Shown here: one piece after another, positions 29,360 to 38,271 of the stretch
Position numbering within the stretch: the stretch's first letter is position 1
How the letters are laid out: every line of letters begins with the position of its first letter
Source: an uncultured delta proteobacterium
GTDB taxonomy: Bacteria > Desulfobacterota > Binatia > Binatales > Binataceae
Reading direction: 5' to 3'
Length of the DNA stretch: 64,000 bases
Assembly (NCBI GenBank): GCA_963808235.1
Contig: CAWEEQ010000004.1
Location: forward strand, 992,001 to 1,056,000
The notes under the pieces: model-generated
Database searches by the model: none
What the model was told of the DNA's origin: nothing
What the model saw: only the letters and a program-made list of their open reading frames with translations
Program-made: the position numbers and the translations under genes

Positions 29360-29842
29360 ATGGCGGCTCTAACCAATTCCCGTAACACGCCCGAGATGGC
29401 CGATGGCGGCAGGATGCGCGTGTATCCGGTCGAGGCCAACACCAACGTTTACTTAGGCAGCATCGTCGCGCTCAACAGTGCGGGCAACGCCGTTCCGGCC
29501 TCCGCGACTACCACCACGGCCAACGCGCTCAAGGTGATCGGCCGCGCCGAGTATGTGAAGAGCGGCATCCCCGGCCAGAACGCGATCAACAACCCGGGCG
29601 CCGCCGGCGCGATTTCGATCACCGCGCGCAAGGGCGTCTTCATGTACTCGACCGACGGATCGGTCGGCGCTGCGCAGGTCGGACTCACCTGCTTTGCGCT
29701 CGACGACAACACCGTCACCGCGGCCGATCGCGCAAGCGGCGCATCGGTGCAGCAATACGCGGCCGCCGGACAGGTGGTTGCGATCGATCCGAGCGGGCAG
29801 GTGTGGGTCGATTTCTGGCATCAGGCAACCGTGACCGCGTAA
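29360..29842 (+). CDS. Head decoration / capsid cement protein
   Basis: MAALT..RNTP, RKGVF, VG..CFALDDNTV, AG.V......VWV; lies between protease and capsid. Confidence 0.8.
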   Translation: MAALTNSRNTPEMADGGRMRVYPVEANTNVYLGSIVALNSAGNAVPASATTTTANALKVIGRAEYVKSGIPGQNAINNPGAAGAISITARKGVFMYSTDGSVGAAQVGLTCFALDDNTVTAADRASGASVQQYAAAGQVVAIDPSGQVWVDFWHQATVTA

Positions 29843-29878
29843 CGAATCACGATGACTTCATTTAGAGGATCAAATTAG

Positions 29879-30823
29879 ATGGAAATCAGTGCTGCGAATC
29901 TGACCGCGTTGTTCACCGGCTTCGACGTAGTTTTCCAGCGTGGATTCGAGAAGCCACCGTCGTACTACGAACAGATAACCTCAGTGGTGCGCTCCGCCTC
30001 GCGCCAGACTACCTATCCATGGCTCGGGCGGACGACCAAGTTCCGCGAATGGCTCGGCGATCGCGTCGTGCAGGCGCTCGAGACCCACGCATACACGATC
30101 GTCAATAAAAATTTCGAAGACACCGTGGCGATCGATCGCAACGATATCGAAGACGATACCTACGGCGCCTACGAGCCGATCATCGAGCAGCTCGGATGGG
30201 ACACCAAGGTTCATCCCGACATGCTGCTCTTCGCGATGATCAAAGACGCGGTCGTAAATCCCACCGATGTCGTCGGCTTCGACGGGGTGCCGTTCTTTTC
30301 CGCCAGCCATCCGGTCGGCCTGATGGGCCAGGCGGGGACCACGGCGGCCAATATCAACACCACCGGCTCGGGACCTTACTGGTACTTGCTCGACGCGTCG
30401 CGGGTGATCCGCCCGTTCATCTTTCAGCTCCGCCGCGAATACGCCGTCACCCGGATGAACACGGTGACCGACGAAGCGGTCTTCAACCGGCGCGAGTTCC
30501 GTTACGGCGTCGACGGGCGCGCAAACACCGGAGTCGGGCTCTGGCAGCTCGCGTACGCAAGCAACACCGATCTCAGCAATCCCGCGAACTACGGTGCGGT
30601 GCGCGCCGCGATGCGCGCGTTCAAGACCGACGCCGGACAGCCCTTCGGCGCATTGTCGAGCCGCACCGGCGTCTACCTGCTGGTCCCGCCCGCGCTCGAA
30701 GAAGTCGCGCGCCAACTTCTGAATTCGGAGTTCATGGCCGGAACCGGCGCCAGCGCATCGGTCTCAACCTCGAACATCTGGCGCAACAGCGCGGACCTCA
30801 TAGTCAGCGAGTTCCTGGCCTAA
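29879..30823 (+). CDS. Mu-like major capsid protein (gpT family)
   Basis: YPWLG, REWLGDR, NKNFEDTV.IDRNDIEDD, WYLLD, PFIFQ, YGVDGR.N.G.GLWQLAY. Confidence 0.95.
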   Translation: MEISAANLTALFTGFDVVFQRGFEKPPSYYEQITSVVRSASRQTTYPWLGRTTKFREWLGDRVVQALETHAYTIVNKNFEDTVAIDRNDIEDDTYGAYEPIIEQLGWDTKVHPDMLLFAMIKDAVVNPTDVVGFDGVPFFSASHPVGLMGQAGTTAANINTTGSGPYWYLLDASRVIRPFIFQLRREYAVTRMNTVTDEAVFNRREFRYGVDGRANTGVGLWQLAYASNTDLSNPANYGAVRAAMRAFKTDAGQPFGALSSRTGVYLLVPPALEEVARQLLNSEFMAGTGASASVSTSNIWRNSADLIVSEFLA

Positions 30824-30985
30824 AGGGGCATGGCGATGAAACCCGTCTCTATGATCCGGCTTGCCGCGGGTCCCCCTCCTGCTCGCGGCGCCGGAGTTCG
30901 GACCGACTCTTCGCGGGTGCAGACAACCAGTCTCGCACCCGCGGAGAGACCTCTCAGCATCAAGTGAGTATATGAGGCCAATCCA

Positions 30986-31420
30986 GTGAGTTACGCGACC
31001 GCCCAGGATGTGATTAATCGATACCCTAATCGCGATCTCGTCCAACTGACTAATGAAGATCCAACCGCAACTACCGTAAATACAGCGCCGATCACGCAAG
31101 CGCTCGGCGACGCATCTGCGGAAATCGACGGATATATCGAAGGGCGCTTCACGCTCCCGCTGACCGATCCGCCCGCGGTGCTCAACCGGCTCGCGACCGA
31201 TATCGCGATGTACCGGATGCAGTCGCTGCGGCCGCTGCACGACCTCGAAGACGCGCGCAAGCGTTACGAAGACGCGATCGCGATGCTCGCGAAGGTTGCG
31301 TCGGGCGACCTCACCCTCGGCCTCTCCGCCGACGGTCAGGAACCGGCGAATGCCAAAGCGGTCGAAACCGTCGATGGACCCAAACGCGTGTTCAATCGCC
31401 GCAAACTGAAGGGCTACTGA
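30986..31420 (+). CDS. Mu gp36-like head-tail adaptor (DUF1320)
   Basis: MSYAT..D, DASAEIDGYI..RF.LPL, DIAMYR, RYEDAI..L..VASG. Confidence 0.92.
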   Translation: MSYATAQDVINRYPNRDLVQLTNEDPTATTVNTAPITQALGDASAEIDGYIEGRFTLPLTDPPAVLNRLATDIAMYRMQSLRPLHDLEDARKRYEDAIAMLAKVASGDLTLGLSADGQEPANAKAVETVDGPKRVFNRRKLKGY

Positions 31421-31421
31421 G

Positions 31422-32243
31422 ATGGGTGTCATGCTCGACTCGCCATGGGCCGGCACTACCTTCGCGCCGCCGACCCCGCTCGACATCGCGACTATCGAAG
31501 CCGCAATCGTCGCGCAACTGCGATCGCAAATTACCGCGATCGAAATCGCGCACTATCCCGACCGTCCCGAGACCTGGCGCATGACCCATCGCGTCGGCGC
31601 GGCGCTCGTGATCTACAAGGGCGCGCAATACGGCGACCTGCTCGACACCGCCGCCGTCATCCAGGAACGCAAGCTCGAGTTCGAAGTGGCGGTGATGATG
31701 CGCGATCTCGGATGGGCGGTGGGTGGCGATGCGTCCGGGCCGAGCCCCGGCGCCTACTCGATCATCGAAAGCATCCGCACCGCTCTGACCGGATTTCAAA
31801 TCGCGGGATGCCGCAAGATGTACCCGCTGCGCGAGAAATTCCTGAAGCGCGACAAGCAAGGCGGCGTCTGGACTTACGCATCGACGTTCGCGCTCACCAC
31901 GATGGCGGTCGAAGGCTCGCCGCCGGAAAATTTCCCGCTCTTCATCAAAGGCATCGCGTTGGAAGAAGGCGGCCTGACCTCGATCGCAGTCGGCGCGGCC
32001 GCCTACACATTCGACTCCAACGGAAACGTTCAACTTCCTCACGGAAACGTATTCGCGGTGATCGTCACCGGACCCGGCGGAGCACTGCTTGTCGAAGGTA
32101 CCGACTTCACCGTGGACCGAGCCGACGGAATTATCGTGGCAAGAGACGGCAATGCGCTCTTACCGGGCGAAACAGTCCAGATCGCGTACGCATACGCCGA
32201 CCAGGCAATAGCAACTACGAATCAAAGTGCGCCGACTAACTAG
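31422..32243 (+). CDS. Gp37-like tail terminator with C-terminal beta-domain extension
   Basis: YPDRPE.WRMTH..GAALV.YKG, GAY.IIE.IR.AL.GF...GC, GVWTY. Confidence 0.85.
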   Translation: MGVMLDSPWAGTTFAPPTPLDIATIEAAIVAQLRSQITAIEIAHYPDRPETWRMTHRVGAALVIYKGAQYGDLLDTAAVIQERKLEFEVAVMMRDLGWAVGGDASGPSPGAYSIIESIRTALTGFQIAGCRKMYPLREKFLKRDKQGGVWTYASTFALTTMAVEGSPPENFPLFIKGIALEEGGLTSIAVGAAAYTFDSNGNVQLPHGNVFAVIVTGPGGALLVEGTDFTVDRADGIIVARDGNALLPGETVQIAYAYADQAIATTNQSAPTN

Positions 32244-32275
32244 TTCATACGACTCAACTGAGTAATAGGTGATAC

Positions 32276-33817
32276 ATGCCAGCCAGTTTCTTGCACGGGA
32301 TTGAAGTAATCGAAGTACCGAATGGATCGGTCGCAGTAAGCGTCGTGAAGTCAGCGGTGATTGGGCTGGTGGGGAGCGCTCCTTCGTGGGCGGTCACCGC
32401 ACCTGCGGTCGCGGTGGCGCCCAATACGCCGACGCTGGTTTCCTCGGCGCTCGATGCGGCGAACTTCGGACCAATTATCCGCGGCTACACGATTCCCTAC
32501 GCGCTCGCCGCGATTCAGGCGCAGGGCAGTGGACAGGCCATCGTGGTGAATGTGTTCGACGCGACTCGGCATTTCACTGCGATTGCAGCGACCGCATTCA
32601 CCTTCAATGCGAATGGAGCAATCAACCTCGGCCACATGGGAGTATCGAGTGTAGTAGTAACCAGCAACCCGGCGGGCACTACCTACATCGCCGGGACTGA
32701 CTATACGCTCGATGCAATCAACGGCGTGATCAGTATAGTGCCGACTGGATCGGGCGGTCACATCACAGCCGGCGCCAGCGTTCTGATTGCGTTCAACTAT
32801 GCGGACCCGTCGAAGGTGTCGGACGCCGACGTCGTCGGCGCGGTGACCGGCGGGGTGTTCACCGGCATCCAGGCGTTTCTGACGACTTTCGGAACGATGG
32901 GATTCTTTCCGAAGCTACTGATCGCTCCGGGCTACGCGCAGGACGCATCGGTGGCCACGGCGCTGGGAGCGGCGGCGGACAAGATTCGAGCGATGGCGCT
33001 GGTCGACTCGCCGCCGTCGACCTCGGCGGCGGCGGCGATCGCAAACCGCGCGGTGGTGGGCAATGGGTTCGCTTCCACCGACAGCCGCGTCATTCTGTGT
33101 TACCCGCAGGAAACTTTCTTCGACACCGGAATAGTCCCAACCGGTGTGACGCTCAGCACTTCGGGAACTCCGGTAACGACGCAGCTCAACGCAAACGCGG
33201 TGGCGCCTTACTCGCAGTGGGTAGCCGGCGCGATCGCCGCGCGCGATCTCGCCAATGGCTATTGGTGGTCGCCGTCGAACATGCAAGTAAACGGCATCCT
33301 CGGTCCGGACGTTCAGCTCTACGCCTCGATACTGGATCCGTCGTCGGACGTGAACAACCTGAACGCGGCCGGAATCGTAACGGTGTTCAACGCCTTCGGC
33401 AGCGGGCTCCGGGTGTGGGGAAACCGGAGCGCGGCGTATCCGCTGTCGACCACGCCGGCCAATTTCATTTCGGTGCGGCGCACGATGGACGTGATCGAAG
33501 AGTCGGTGGAACTTGCGATGTTGCAGTTCATCGATCAGCCGATCTCGAACGCGCTGATCGACACGATCCTGGCGAGTGCGAATGCATTCATCAGATCGCT
33601 AATCCAGCGCGGGGCGCTGGTGGATGGATCGGCCAGCTTCAACCCGGCCGAGAATCCAAGCGCGCAAATTGCGGCCGGCCAGTTGGTCTTCGATATCGAC
33701 GTGATGCCGCCGCCACCCACGGAAAGGATTACCTTCCAGGCGTTCATCGATGTGAGCCTGCTCGCGGAACTCGGACAGACCAGTCCTATAACCGCCGCGG
33801 CAGGAGCGACCGCCTAG
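32276..33817 (+). CDS. Contractile tail sheath protein (P2 FI-like)
   Basis: FLHGIEVIE, SAVIGLVG, PKLLIAPG, GYWWSPSN, GLRVWGNRS, FISVRRT. Confidence 0.95.
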   Translation: MPASFLHGIEVIEVPNGSVAVSVVKSAVIGLVGSAPSWAVTAPAVAVAPNTPTLVSSALDAANFGPIIRGYTIPYALAAIQAQGSGQAIVVNVFDATRHFTAIAATAFTFNANGAINLGHMGVSSVVVTSNPAGTTYIAGTDYTLDAINGVISIVPTGSGGHITAGASVLIAFNYADPSKVSDADVVGAVTGGVFTGIQAFLTTFGTMGFFPKLLIAPGYAQDASVATALGAAADKIRAMALVDSPPSTSAAAAIANRAVVGNGFASTDSRVILCYPQETFFDTGIVPTGVTLSTSGTPVTTQLNANAVAPYSQWVAGAIAARDLANGYWWSPSNMQVNGILGPDVQLYASILDPSSDVNNLNAAGIVTVFNAFGSGLRVWGNRSAAYPLSTTPANFISVRRTMDVIEESVELAMLQFIDQPISNALIDTILASANAFIRSLIQRGALVDGSASFNPAENPSAQIAAGQLVFDIDVMPPPPTERITFQAFIDVSLLAELGQTSPITAAAGATA

Positions 33818-33842
33818 TCGGCCCGGACGCCAGAGGAAAAGA

Positions 33843-34361
33843 ATGAATATCCAGATCAACTCACTGACTAATGCAAATATCTACATCGACGGTGTCGGGC
33901 TGCTGGGGCGAGCCGAAGAAATTGAAATACCGCATCCCAAGCACAAGATGATCGACTACAAGGGACTGGGCATGGCGGGCACCGCTGAGCTGTGGGCGGG
34001 AGTCGAAAAGCTCGAGTCGCGAATCAAGTGGTCGTCGTTCGACGCGGACACGCTTTCGATGTCGACGAGCCCATTCACCACGCATAACTTTCAGGCCCGC
34101 GGAAGTCTGGAGCAATACACAAGCCAGGGGCGCAGTTCCCAACTTCCGGTCGTTTACCTAATGACGGGAGTATTCAAGGACGCGGGGAGCCCCAGCTTCC
34201 GGCAGCATCACATGGTCGAAACGACGTCGCGCGTAAGTGTGTATCACTGCGAACTATACGTCGCTGGGGTGCAAATTTATTTGTACGACGTGTTCGCAAA
34301 TATCTACGTCGTGGGAGGTGTCGATCAACTGAGTAATTTCCGATCGAATATCGGCGGATGA
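33843..34361 (+). CDS. Tail tube protein (P2 FII-like)
   Basis: NANIYIDG..LLGRAEE, GLGMAG, GVEKLE, VGGVDQL. Confidence 0.93.
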   Translation: MNIQINSLTNANIYIDGVGLLGRAEEIEIPHPKHKMIDYKGLGMAGTAELWAGVEKLESRIKWSSFDADTLSMSTSPFTTHNFQARGSLEQYTSQGRSSQLPVVYLMTGVFKDAGSPSFRQHHMVETTSRVSVYHCELYVAGVQIYLYDVFANIYVVGGVDQLSNFRSNIGG

Positions 34362-34401
34362 CCGTGCCTGGCCGCGAAATCGCGGCATGGAGCGATGCGC
34401 T

Positions 34402-34767
34402 ATGAAGACCGACGAAGTTACGGTGAACGGAGTGCGAATCGGCGGCGCGGAGGCTCTGGAAGAGCGAGAGACGAAGACGATCGAGCTGCCGTCGGGAGCG
34501 CGGGCAGAAGTTCGCACGGGTGTGGGGCGCGACTTGATGCGAGCGCAACGGGCAGTGGCCGGCGGAGACGCGAGTGCGGTGGTATTCGCGCTGATCGCGG
34601 AACTCGCGCGGATCGATGGTCGCAAGATCGTCTACGAAGACGTGCTGGAGATGGAACTTGGCGATGTGATGGCGTTGCAGGCGGAGGTGATCGGCGAAAA
34701 TTTCGAGCGCCCTCCGCAGCGAGCTTCGCAGGCCTCGTCCAATCCGGATTCTCAGCCGGAGAGCTAG
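34402..34767 (+). CDS. Tail assembly chaperone (E/G-like)
   Basis: IELPSG, GRDLMRAQR, IDGRKI.YED..EM..GD; position after tube. Confidence 0.8.
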   Translation: MKTDEVTVNGVRIGGAEALEERETKTIELPSGARAEVRTGVGRDLMRAQRAVAGGDASAVVFALIAELARIDGRKIVYEDVLEMELGDVMALQAEVIGENFERPPQRASQASSNPDSQPES

Positions 34768-34862
34768 CCGAGATGGATTTTGCGGAGCTGTCGTACTGGC
34801 TCGATGCGGTCGCGGAATATGAACGGATGCGCATCGAACGCGGCGGAGGGAACGATAGGTGA
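34698..34862 (+). CDS. -1 frameshift extension of the tail chaperone (GpE/GT-like)
   Basis: Slippery heptamer A AAT TTC in frame at 34698-34704; -1 frame reads GFSAGELAEMDFAELSYW. Confidence 0.75.
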   Translation, partial: KFRAPSAASFAGLVQSGFSAGELAEMDFAELSYWLDAVAEYERMRIERGGGNDR

Positions 34863-34926
34863 GTAGTAATTCGATTGACTATTGCGAAATGCGTGAACCA
34901 ATGAGTCACGCGAACACGGTGAAGCG

Positions 34927-35211
34927 ATGGGTGTGAGACTATTCGTAGGTAATTTGAGTTTTTCGCTGGGCGACAACGATCTGCGCGCGGCATTCGCGGA
35001 CGTGGGTAGTGTGGAACGCGCCGAGATTGTGCGCGATCGCTACGACGGGCGCTCGCGCGGTTTTGGATTCGTCGAGATGCGCAACGAAGACGACGCGGCG
35101 GTGGCTTTGCGTTCGATGAACGGAAAGGAACTCGCGGGACGATTGCTACGCGTTGAAGCGGCAACCTCGCAGCGCCGGCCCTTCGAGCGCAATACGGCGC
35201 GGCCTGGTTAG
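34927..35211 (+). CDS. RRM-domain RNA-binding protein
   Basis: RNP2 LFVGNL, RNP1 RGFGFVEM, MNGKELAGRLLRV. Confidence 0.95.
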   Translation: MGVRLFVGNLSFSLGDNDLRAAFADVGSVERAEIVRDRYDGRSRGFGFVEMRNEDDAAVALRSMNGKELAGRLLRVEAATSQRRPFERNTARPG

Positions 35212-35243
35212 CGCCGAGCGAAGTCGCGGTATCGAGATGGATT

Positions 35244-36278
35244 ATGAAAAAGACGGAGCGATCCAAGGCGGACATCATGAAGCGCGGCCCTGGTGAATCG
35301 GCGTTGGCGGGAGGGCACGACGCACTTAGCCAGGTGGCCGGCTTCGTACGCGCAAGTATCGAGGTCGCTCGGGCGACCGATCGGCTGGCAAAGATCGCGC
35401 GACAGCAAATTCCCCTTGCCGCGTACGGACTGGTTACGAGAACCGCGACGCCCGCCGAGATGGAGTCGATGCGAGGTGGCTCTCAGAGCCATCTGGAAGA
35501 TCCGGCGTGGCCAAGTGAAGGTGGGAGCGCGTTTCAAGCTGCGGATGCGATGGTGGCGCTTCAGAGGTTTGCATCGAACCTCAAGGCACTCGACGCGGCA
35601 CGAGTCGGAGAGGGCAGGCGCTTTCTGCGCGGATCGGAAAGCTTAAGCGTGAGAGCGACCGGCGAGATGTCGGAGATCGGCGGGCCGGAAATGGATTCTA
35701 CAGTCGATGCTCGCGGCAGATTTTTCCGGGCCGTTCAGCAGTCGGCCTCTCGCATACAAGCGCTGAGGGGGATCGGAAGCAGAGAACGTCTGGAGGGTCC
35801 GGATGGCAAGCGAAGTTCGAACGTCACGCTCTCATGGGGTGACCTTGCGGGGCGGGCAGATCGCGCGCTTGGCCTTGTCGGCCGACTCTCAACGGAAGGC
35901 GAAGAATCATCACGCGGGCCTGGTCCGCGCTTCGAGCGGAGTCGTGCCTCGTTCAATGTCGACCGAATACTAACTTCGACTGAAAAGTATATGTCGGGGT
36001 CGAGAGGGCGCGGATGGAACGGGGCGAGAGGCACGATAGTTGCGCCGGCGAGTCTTTCGCGGCCGGAATTTGCGGAGCCCATGCGCGGCGTATATGGGCA
36101 GGAGTCGAGGAGCACGCCTGGGGCGATAACGATCAACTCGACTCCGACAGTGGTTATCAATGCGGGCGAGCCCGGCGATGTTGAGCGTCAAGTAGCCGGC
36201 GCGCTGAGACTGCATCGCGAGGAATTGTTCGATCAATTGAAACGAGAGTCGGTGCGGCGCGAACGCGCGCAGTTTTAA
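35244..36278 (+). CDS. Short or degenerate tape-measure-like protein
   Basis: Syntenic slot before gpU; only the C-terminus (ITINSTPTVVINAG...LKRESVRRERAQF) resembles a tape-measure end. Confidence 0.55.
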   Translation: MKKTERSKADIMKRGPGESALAGGHDALSQVAGFVRASIEVARATDRLAKIARQQIPLAAYGLVTRTATPAEMESMRGGSQSHLEDPAWPSEGGSAFQAADAMVALQRFASNLKALDAARVGEGRRFLRGSESLSVRATGEMSEIGGPEMDSTVDARGRFFRAVQQSASRIQALRGIGSRERLEGPDGKRSSNVTLSWGDLAGRADRALGLVGRLSTEGEESSRGPGPRFERSRASFNVDRILTSTEKYMSGSRGRGWNGARGTIVAPASLSRPEFAEPMRGVYGQESRSTPGAITINSTPTVVINAGEPGDVERQVAGALRLHREELFDQLKRESVRRERAQF

Positions 36279-36294
36279 GTGAGAGGCAGCACCA

Positions 36295-36873
36295 TTGTTC
36301 GCAACGTTGGGTGAAATTCCGTTCGAAGTAGTCGGCTCGCCTGAGGGCTACGAATCGAGCCGGGCATACGATTTCGCCGAGCATCGAGTGGTCGAGAGCA
36401 AGCCGCGGCTGCAATGGGTAGGCAACGATCTCGAGCGCCTGAAATTTGAATTGCGGCTGCATTCATCGTTCACCGACCCGGCCGCGAAGCTGGCGCTGCT
36501 GCGCGCGACGGCGGCGGCGCATCTCGCGTTGCCGCTGGTTTTTGGCGACGGCGGTTTTCGAGGGTTTTTCGTAATCGAATCCATATCAATGAGATCGCAG
36601 CAACTTTCGGCACACGGTGCTCCGATCGCGATTACAGCCGCGCTCGCGCTCAAGGAATGGGCGGTGGAATCCGAGTTGTTCGCAGGGTCATCGCCGATCC
36701 CGGATTTTGTGCCGCTGGGAATCATGCCGGCGGCGAGTTCGAGCGGCGGCTCGGCGCCGATCCCGGGGATATCGGCATTACTTAGTGTATCTCCTGCGAC
36801 GGGCACGACTGGACCGAACCTCGAGGCAAACGACGTACCAGTCTCGGTGATAGTAAGGAGCGCCGCACCATGA
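36295..36873 (+). CDS. P2 GpU-like tail tube initiator
   Basis: FATLGEIPF, FAEHRV...KPRLQWVG, LPLVFGDG.F.G.FVI, LKEW. Confidence 0.9.
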   Translation: MFATLGEIPFEVVGSPEGYESSRAYDFAEHRVVESKPRLQWVGNDLERLKFELRLHSSFTDPAAKLALLRATAAAHLALPLVFGDGGFRGFFVIESISMRSQQLSAHGAPIAITAALALKEWAVESELFAGSSPIPDFVPLGIMPAASSSGGSAPIPGISALLSVSPATGTTGPNLEANDVPVSVIVRSAAP

Positions 36874-37112
36874 CGCAGGGGACGCAATACATACTTCATA
36901 TCACCAAAGCGGGTGAGCGGTGGGATTTGCTTGCGTGGCGATACTACGGCGATCCGACTGACTATAGCCCGATCATAATGGCTAATCCGGATGTTGCGAT
37001 CGAACCGGTATTTGACGCGGGAATAGCTATCGCGGTGCCTATCGTCCAGAAGAGCACGGTGGTGAGCGCAGATTTACCGCCGTGGAAAATGCCGCGGCCG
37101 GTGGGCGTGTAG
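36870..37112 (+). CDS. Tail protein X (LysM-like)
   Basis: HIT..GERWDLLAWRYYG, IIMANP, LPPWK. Confidence 0.92.
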   Translation: MTQGTQYILHITKAGERWDLLAWRYYGDPTDYSPIIMANPDVAIEPVFDAGIAIAVPIVQKSTVVSADLPPWKMPRPVGV

Positions 37113-38126
37113 ATGGCTGCCGCAGTATTGCATTCCGTTCGCGCGCCGCAGTGGGTGCTTACCTACGAGGGTGTGAACATCACTACGGATATATCGCACA
37201 TGGTACTTGCGATTAGCTATGTGGACCGGCTTGGTGAGGCGTCGGGCGAGTTTGAGGTAGAGCTGGAAGATCACGCGAAAAAGTGGCAAGGGCCATGGTA
37301 TCCGGGACTGGGAAACATACTCAGTCTGCAGATTGGCTACTCCGGCGAAGCACTACTGGATTGCGGGTCCTTCCAGGTCGACGAACTGGAGTTCGACGGG
37401 CCACCGGATGTGATGCGACTCAGATGCCTGAGCGCGTACATCACACCAGCGATGCGCACGCCAAATACGATGGCCTACGAGGGTCAGAGCATCGTGGATA
37501 TCGCCGGGCAAATCGCGTCCAAGTATGGACTCAGCCTGGTGACGGCGCCCTCGGCCATCGAGAGCGACGTAGTGTTTGCGCGCGTAACCCAACGCCGCGA
37601 AACGGATCTCGGATTTCTGAAGCGCCTTGCAATCGAGCACGGTTTTGACTTCACGGTGCGCGGCGCGCAGATGGTCTTTTACGCGCGGACGGCTCTGGAA
37701 GCGGTAATCCCGCTGGTCGTGATCACACGGCCGGACACGACAGGGTTCTCGTTTCGCAACCGGACGCGGCGAATTTACAGCGGCGCGGAAGTGGCTTACT
37801 TCGATCCTGACACCAAGCAGTTGATCACTCAGACCGTGACAGCGATTCCGCTGGTCCCGACGACGGACACGCTCAAGATCGTAACGCGTTCGGAAAACGC
37901 ACAGCAGGCCCTGGTGAAGGCCCAAGCGGCGCTTCATCTGCACAACATGGTGTTCGTCGATGCGTCGATCGAGGGTCCGGGGAACGTGATGCTGGTGGCG
38001 GGAAACCAAGTGGAGATATCCGGATGGGGCGCGCTTGACGGAGCGTATCTGATTGAAACGGCGCGGCATCGGGTCGCGCGTGCGAGCGGATACACGACTG
38101 CGATCGAGGCGCGCCGGGTTGATTAA
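37113..38126 (+). CDS. Late control D / baseplate hub protein
   Basis: ISYVD, LQIGY, GSFQVDE, RVTQRRETDLGFLKRLA, GYTT. Confidence 0.92.
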   Translation: MAAAVLHSVRAPQWVLTYEGVNITTDISHMVLAISYVDRLGEASGEFEVELEDHAKKWQGPWYPGLGNILSLQIGYSGEALLDCGSFQVDELEFDGPPDVMRLRCLSAYITPAMRTPNTMAYEGQSIVDIAGQIASKYGLSLVTAPSAIESDVVFARVTQRRETDLGFLKRLAIEHGFDFTVRGAQMVFYARTALEAVIPLVVITRPDTTGFSFRNRTRRIYSGAEVAYFDPDTKQLITQTVTAIPLVPTTDTLKIVTRSENAQQALVKAQAALHLHNMVFVDASIEGPGNVMLVAGNQVEISGWGALDGAYLIETARHRVARASGYTTAIEARRVD

Positions 38127-38271
38127 AGTGTCGCAGCGCAAAAGAAAGACCGCTACGCGCGGGGCGGCAGGGGTGACCCCTGCACCCAGTGTCCATTCCA
38201 TTCAATCGCAAAATCCCGCGGACGGTATTTTGCTCCGGTCTGATGGCGAAGATAGGTGAAGGGAACGAATC

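Noticed and set aside
30824-30985. Mu gp35-like small gene between capsid and gp36
   Set aside because: No convincing ORF or motif; only a GC-rich hairpin
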